A DNA stretch of 63,811 nt, filler included, from Olpidium bornovanus S191 (taxonomy: Eukaryota; Fungi; Olpidiomycota): the NCBI GenBank assembly GCA_017911155.1. It is 33 parts of 33 records of this genome, joined end to end, with 100 filler letters (N's around TTAATTAATTAA, not from the genome) between each part and the next. Parts side by side here need not be neighbours in the genome. Positions count along the whole stretch, not along the records: positions 58,441 to 61,171 come from JAEFCI010011588.1; positions 61,272 to 62,615 come from JAEFCI010002170.1; positions 62,716 to 63,811 come from JAEFCI010007398.1; 30 more parts are not named here. One strand, 5' to 3'. Shown here piece after piece: positions 58,585 through 63,811 of this stretch. Both the position numbers and the translations under genes were made by a program. The notes beneath the pieces are model-generated. The model saw only the letters and a list, made by a program, of their open reading frames with translations. It searched no databases and was not told the DNA's origin. Every line of letters starts with the position of its first letter. The stretch's first letter is position 1.

Positions 58585-60875
58585 GGACCCGCCAACGACG
58601 TCTCCGTTCTTGTCAAACACCATCGGACCGGCGGGGCCTGTAAAGCCGGTATTCCAAGAATCGAGCGTGAAGTTCGCCCGAGCGCGCCCGCTGCCGAGAG
58701 ACCTGAGCCTGACATCGGCATCGGTCGCGTTTTTTACAAACGAGGAAAAGCCGCGAGCGAGGACGAAGGCGCAGCTGTACGCCATGCTTCAAAATCGATA
58801 ACGGAAATTTATTTCTTGTTTTCATCAAGGCTTAGCGGCAACGGCAACACGTTTCCTCACCCTTCGTTTTGAGAGATCAACCGCTGCCCAGCCATCGGGT
58901 ACTTCGACGGGTTCAAGAGGGCCCACTTGTCGATAAAGGCCTCGTACGCCGGATCGCCCGGCAATTGAAGAAGGTTGTCAACCATTATAAGGCCCCTCCA
59001 AGTCTGGTTGAAAGTATCCGGAAATACCGGACGAAGGCTGTCCACGATCTAAGTCGAAAGATCGGAAACACGGCGCAGCAACAACGACCGAAGCGTTCCG
59101 GACAAGTCAGAGCATGCTCCGTGGGGAGGAAGCGCCGATAACCGAAAACGAGGACCCCCTTTTTTTGCCTACGTTGTTCGCAACAACCCAAACAAAACCG
59201 TTTTCCCCCGTCATGTTCAGGGCACTGCCGGCGCATTAAACGCCCTGAATCAGTTGAAACGCTTTTTTTCCCCTGTACTTCAGGAGTCGGAAAGCCGAAA
59301 GTGATCTTACACCGCGGTGGTCAGGATGTCGGTTTGCGTCGGCCCTGTTGCGCCGAGCAAAATAATTCTGACGTTGGCGTCCAACATGCTCTGCAACGGG
59401 CCTTCGAAGTCGGTGTGCGTATTTCCGCACGGCTGAACACGTACGACGTCTAGGCCGACGGACCTGCCGCGGTTGGCAGCGGCGGCAGCCACTGGCGCGC
59501 GGGACCGGCTGGGGGCATCAGCGGGAAAGTCGCGCAGAGCCATAACACGCCCGAGGACTCGCTTCCCGCACGTAAACCGTCGCCCGGAACCTCACTTTGC
59601 TCTCCGAGTATATCTGTGCTGTGCAGTATCCCGAATCTCTTCCACCCTCGGTCCTTTATAATGTCGACCATCACGTTCGAAACCGCCCGGTCTGCAGGTA
59701 CTGTTCGGAAAAATGTTCTTCAAGTTCAAAATAAAACGGCAAGTTTGGTTGGTTTTTTTTTTACGTTTACCTGCACGCTTTGTCGAGCATAAGTTTTTAT
59801 TTTTATTTTTTATATATTTTTTTTGCATGCGTAAGAAGAACGACAAAAAAGAAAAAAAAAATTGTTTTGTGGTTTTTTTTTTTTTTTTTTTGGTTTCCGA
59901 GCGACCTCTCCTCCCCTCCGCCCCACCCCACCCACAATACGGACTAAGAAACGTTACGCACGAGTACTGGTCCTTTTTGCTAAGCTCGCTCGATCCGGCC
60001 GAGAACGAGCACTGCGGGAGGCTCAGCTTGGAAGTGATGACGGCGCTGAAGAGCGATTGCGCCGAGGTCGCGTCTCCGATGATCGCCGCGACGCCGGCCT
60101 GGTCGAGGGCCAGGGTCGCGTATATCGCCGCGGCCGCGCTGGGATTCGTCCGCGCGCGGCTGCGGTTCGGGAGCAGACCGAAGCTGTCCTGAGCTATGAC
60201 CGTGATCCACGCGCCGGGCAGGAGCTGAAGGGCGCGCGCGGAGAGCGAGGGGAGGGTGGGGGAACCCCACGGCGCGGGAGGGAAACAATTGTCTGCACTC
60301 CGTCGCGTCGGCCACGTCACGTCGCGGGAAGTGCAGGGGAGACAGGGGTGGGGGGGGAAGGGAGGGAGAAAAGGCGCGCACCCCGGACGCCGGAGTTGGG
60401 GCTCACCTCCTGCTTGATGTTGACCTCTGCAAAAGCCAAACGGACGGCCGAGGTCCCTCTTTTCGCGCAAAGACATTCCCCGTCAGCTTCTCGGACTCCT
60501 TCTCCCGGGGCGCGAACCCTCGCGGGGGCCGGCCGGGACTTACGAGATGGTGATGTCGCGGATCAGCGGGCTGTCGTCCTCCGAGTACGGGAGCAGCAGG
60601 CCGACCTTTACGTTAACCAGGCCCGGCGGCACCTGCTGGTCGTCCATCCCGTCGATCTTCGCGACCAGGTCCTGCGCGCTGTAGCCGGCGAGGGCGGCTT
60701 GCTGCGGCGGAGGCAGCGCGAAGGAAGGGGAGGAGGTCGCCGCGTCGGGCGCGGCGGCGGAGGCGGCGGCGGCCGGCGCCGAGAGGCAGGCGAGCAGCAG
60801 CAGCAGCAGCAGCCGCACAAAGGCGGCGGCGGCGGCGGCGGCGGCATATGGCGCGCGGGCCGGCGGCGGCGGCAT
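58585..60875 (-). CDS. Secretory-pathway receptor with an ANF_receptor / Venus-flytrap ligand-binding domain (class C GPCR-like), 3'-truncated
   Basis: Signal peptide (RLLLLLLLACLSAPAAA). Exons 60875-60544, 60458-60407, 60224-59962, 59717-59596 and further. Motifs VKVGLLLP, SGTSAVRLAFAEVN, VAAIIGDATSAQS, LPQCSFSAGSSELSKKDQYS|TFFRTVPAD, GWKRFGILHS, AYSCAFVLARG and FTGPAGPMVFDKNGD. Confidence 0.85.
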
Positions 60876-61009
60876 GCAGCCGGCGGGAAAGGGGGGCGGA
60901 CGGGCGGGCGGTGGAGGGGGAAGAGACCTCTAAGATATTTCGTGAGGGAAAGGGGGAACGCGCGGACCGGGCGGGCCGCGGGAAAAACGAGGGGAGGGCG
61001 TTTTTTTTT

Positions 61010-61048
<39 letters not shown>

Positions 61049-61619
61049 CCCCCCCCCCCCCCCCCCCCCCGCCGGTCGGGAATCCTAGGTTGCCTACGTA
61101 CCCCTATTGTGAGAGGATCAGGGACGTCGTAGTTCCGTGGCCTCCTCTTTCTACGCCATCTCGTCGCTTCCNNNNNNNNNNNNNNNNNNNNNNNNNNNNN
61201 NNNNNNNNNNNNNNNTTAATTAATTAANNNNNNNNNNNNNNNNNNNNNNNNNNNNNNNNNNNNNNNNNNNNCAGGGTTATTTCTGCTCTTGCGCCCATCG
61301 TTTCTGCTTTGACCGTTACGCGTCGAGGTTATGAGTCGTCCTTAAGCCAGTGTCCCGATGCCAGCACCGTCGATAGCGCTCTCCAGCGTCGAACCCTCCG
61401 CTTTTCCTAAACTTCTCGTCGTAACCGCTCTTGCGTTCTCGCAGAGGCCACCAGATGAGGTGCGAAAAATGAGCACTCGATGGCCCAAGTTTCCTTTGGG
61501 ATGATCGCGAGTTCGTTGCTTTTATTGCGTTCGATTCTACGTTCGGTTTCGTTCGTTGGTGCGTTCAAGCTCGGGGGGGGGGGGGGGAAAGAAAATCTAT
61601 CTACATACAGCCGTCGAAC

Positions 61620-61910
61620 GCGTAAACTATTGCCACACGTAAACCGAAATCGAGAAGCAATACAAAGGCGACTCGAAGGGGGCAGACTCCAATCGAAGGT
61701 TACAGAATCGAACTCGAATAGAATGAAATCAAATCAAATAAAGTACAATCGAAATCGAAATAAAATAAAGTCGGAATCGAAACGGAATAAATTAAAATAA
61801 AAGCGAACAAAGTTCACAAATCAAAATCGACCAAAGTACAATCAAAATCGAAACAGAATAAAATCGAAGTAATAAGGGAAAAATCAATATCGAAGTGAAC
61901 AAAGTTCACA
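61620..61910. repeat. A-rich degenerate simple repeat (AATCGA/AATCAA/AATAAA-like)
   Basis: Recurring AAATCGAAA units and a duplicated AACAAAGTTCACA near 61807 and 61897. Confidence 0.65.
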
Positions 61911-61939
61911 CCACAGCGTCAAGAGTCCCATCGCCGCCT

Positions 61940-62615
61940 CTAGTTTTTTGACTTCCGGATTTTTCTCTTCTTTGGACAGGCCGACGCTTGATGGTCAGCC
62001 TTTAAAAGCCTGCAGTACAGACAGGTGTTCCGCGCTCGAAGGAACTCGCGCAGCGGTTTCGTCAGGCGCGGGAAGATGGAAAAATCATCTGTAATTGCCC
62101 ATGTCGGGCGTCGGTTCGCGAGTTGTCGCGACTGCGCTGAGGTCCATGGGCACAGGTCCTTTGTCGGGGGGTCCTGGGCGGCGAGCCTGTCCGCTCTGCG
62201 GATGGCCCTGCGAGCGCCCGGGTCCTCGACGACGTTGCCGGTCGATTTCGTCGAGTTCCTCCGTGACGGGGATGGCCTCCTCCAGGGAGGTCACCCGCAT
62301 AACGCGGAGGTCTCGTTGGAGGCCGTCCGACAAGCCTCGTTTGTAGGCGAAGAACTTGTCGGCTTCGGTGAGGTCAGGAAGGAGGAGCGCCAAACGTCGG
62401 AATTCTTCCGTGTATTGGCGCACTGAGCCGGTCTGCTGGAGGCTGGCCAGCCGCCTCCGTGCTTTCTCCTCTTCCAAGGGGTCTCCCCAACAGTGGAGGA
62501 AGAGCCGTCAGAACTCGGTGAAGTTTGGCACCGAGCCCGCCAGGCTTTGGTACCACGCAGCCGCTTCGTCCGCGAGCATCGCGCTGATTGCCACGACCCT
62601 GGCCGAGGGCTCGAG
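61940..62615 (-). mobile_element. Ty3/gypsy gag relic with zinc knuckle
   Basis: AMLADEAAAWYQSL..FTEF*RLF (TGA at 62508-62510), ARRRLASLQQTGSVRQYTEEF, KFFAYKRGL and GPVPMDL. After a frameshift: RLTKPLREFLRARNTCLYCRLLKADHQASACP...SKN*. Confidence 0.85.
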
Positions 62616-62754
62616 NNNNNNNNNNNNNNNNNNNNNNNNNNNNNNNNNNNNNNNNNNNNTTAATTAATTAANNNNNNNNNNNNNNNNNNNNNNNNNNNNN
62701 NNNNNNNNNNNNNNNCATGCGTTACGGCGGCTCCTTAACAAACAGTACGCAGTC

Positions 62755-63120
62755 TTTTCCCTGAAATTTCCCGCCAAAATCCCCGTAAAATTCCCGCGAA
62801 GTTCCGTTGGAATCCTCAGCCAGAGCGTGAGCTGCAGCTGGAATCACGGTTTGCATATGCACGTGATTTGCAATCACATTCGCGGAATCCGCGTTGTTAA
62901 TCTTCAAACGAGACTCGCCGATTGGCGGGATCCTCGGATTCAGATTGGCAGTATTCGCTGCTGCGGGCTCTCAGGATTCGCAAGACTCTTTTAGCCGGAG
63001 GAGGAGGCAGAGCCTCTGGTGCCGGGATATGCATCTTTGCGGAATTCGCAAATTTGTGGGGATCTGGAGGGACCTGTCTCGTTCGGTGTATTCGCAGAAT
63101 TTGAACGGAATTTCATTCAC
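62755..63120. repeat. Short degenerate copy of the 12-nt-periodic GAATT/GGATT repeat family
   Basis: AAATTTCCCGCC AAAATCCCCGTA AAATTCCCGCG AAGTTCCGTTG is the reverse complement of the 2860-3435 pattern; scattered GCGGAATTC and GCAGAATTT follow. Confidence 0.45.
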
Positions 63121-63811
63121 AGGGGGCCAGAGCCGGAAGGTCGCGGTGGATGATGCCGGGGAAAGCTTCCCTTGCGAGACGCGGTACCTCCACGCTCGCG
63201 TTGGAGAGCAGCAGATTTTCAATTGTCGGCCTGCGCATCCTGCTGCAACAGCAGCGAGGCCCCTTATGGTTCGTCTCTCCGCTTCTTGCCGTGCTCGCTC
63301 TGTTTCTTGCCGTGCTCGCGCTCCACTTCTTGCCGCACTTTTCTCTTTGCAGTAGGACGGAGTCCACGATTCTTTGGGAGTGTGCCGACTGTCTCGACGC
63401 TCGTAAGTTTCGCGAGAAGTCGGAGTTTCTGGAATCCCTGGACTCGCTGGGGGCACCGTCCATGGTGGCGTCCCGAGTTGGGCCCCTTCCTCTCTCGGCA
63501 GTCGCATAGCAGGCACGCGCCTCATCTTCAGGTGCCCGAAGAGCTCCCGGCATGCCGTATGCATGCCGCCATTGCCCTTCGTCTAGCACTGCGCTCGCGC
63601 TGAGGCCGCTGGCCCCTTCCATGGTTCCGCCGCGGACGGGCAAGAGACGGTTCTCTTCTTCGGGTTTTAAAGGGAGTCGGCGGTTTATGCTCATGCTTCC
63701 CCCCCTTTTTTGGTGTTTCGAGCGGGCACCGACGGACGGCCTTTTTTTTGCGCGGGCACTTCGCGCAATTGCCGACGGACGGCGTGAGGCGAGGGCGCTA
63801 ACTTTTCGCCC

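Noticed and set aside
62971-63694. ORFs on the last contig as genes
   Set aside because: Several overlapping frames of similar length, no recognisable domain, and only a short 21-nt repeat giving a coiled-coil-like look.

Overview
This is not a continuous locus. It is 33 short eukaryotic contigs (about 1-4 kb each) joined by 32 artificial 100-nt spacers (44 N + TTAATTAATTAA + 44 N), so gene adjacency across spacers means nothing. The DNA is GC-rich, intron-rich and full of homopolymer and microsatellite tracts. Fungal-type genes (RFT1, ALA1, SepH/Cdc15 kinase, Blm10, ISA2, GDI1, GT49, Yox1-like homeobox) occur with flagellar genes (DNAH10-like dynein, Rib72/EFHC DM10 exon, possible SPMIP1-like exon) and a class C GPCR-type Venus-flytrap receptor. 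This points to a zoosporic, early-diverging fungus; Olpidium-like is my inference only. I spliced most genes by hand, including several the ORF track misses. The most unusual signal is two independent degenerate Ty1/copia relics carrying a chromodomain in the integrase-RT linker. One is integrase-SH3-chromo (36361-37200, minus); the other is chromo-EP motif-RT (44391-45017, plus). Chromodomains are the hallmark of Ty3/gypsy chromoviruses, not copia. Also notable: a pseudogenised axonemal dynein fragment, a secreted CBM19-like candidate effector, small cryptic genes, microexons, a palindromic 24-nt satellite with a related 12-nt-periodic repeat family, and strong CATG enrichment at contig ends. 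I found no rRNA, tRNA or CRISPR array.
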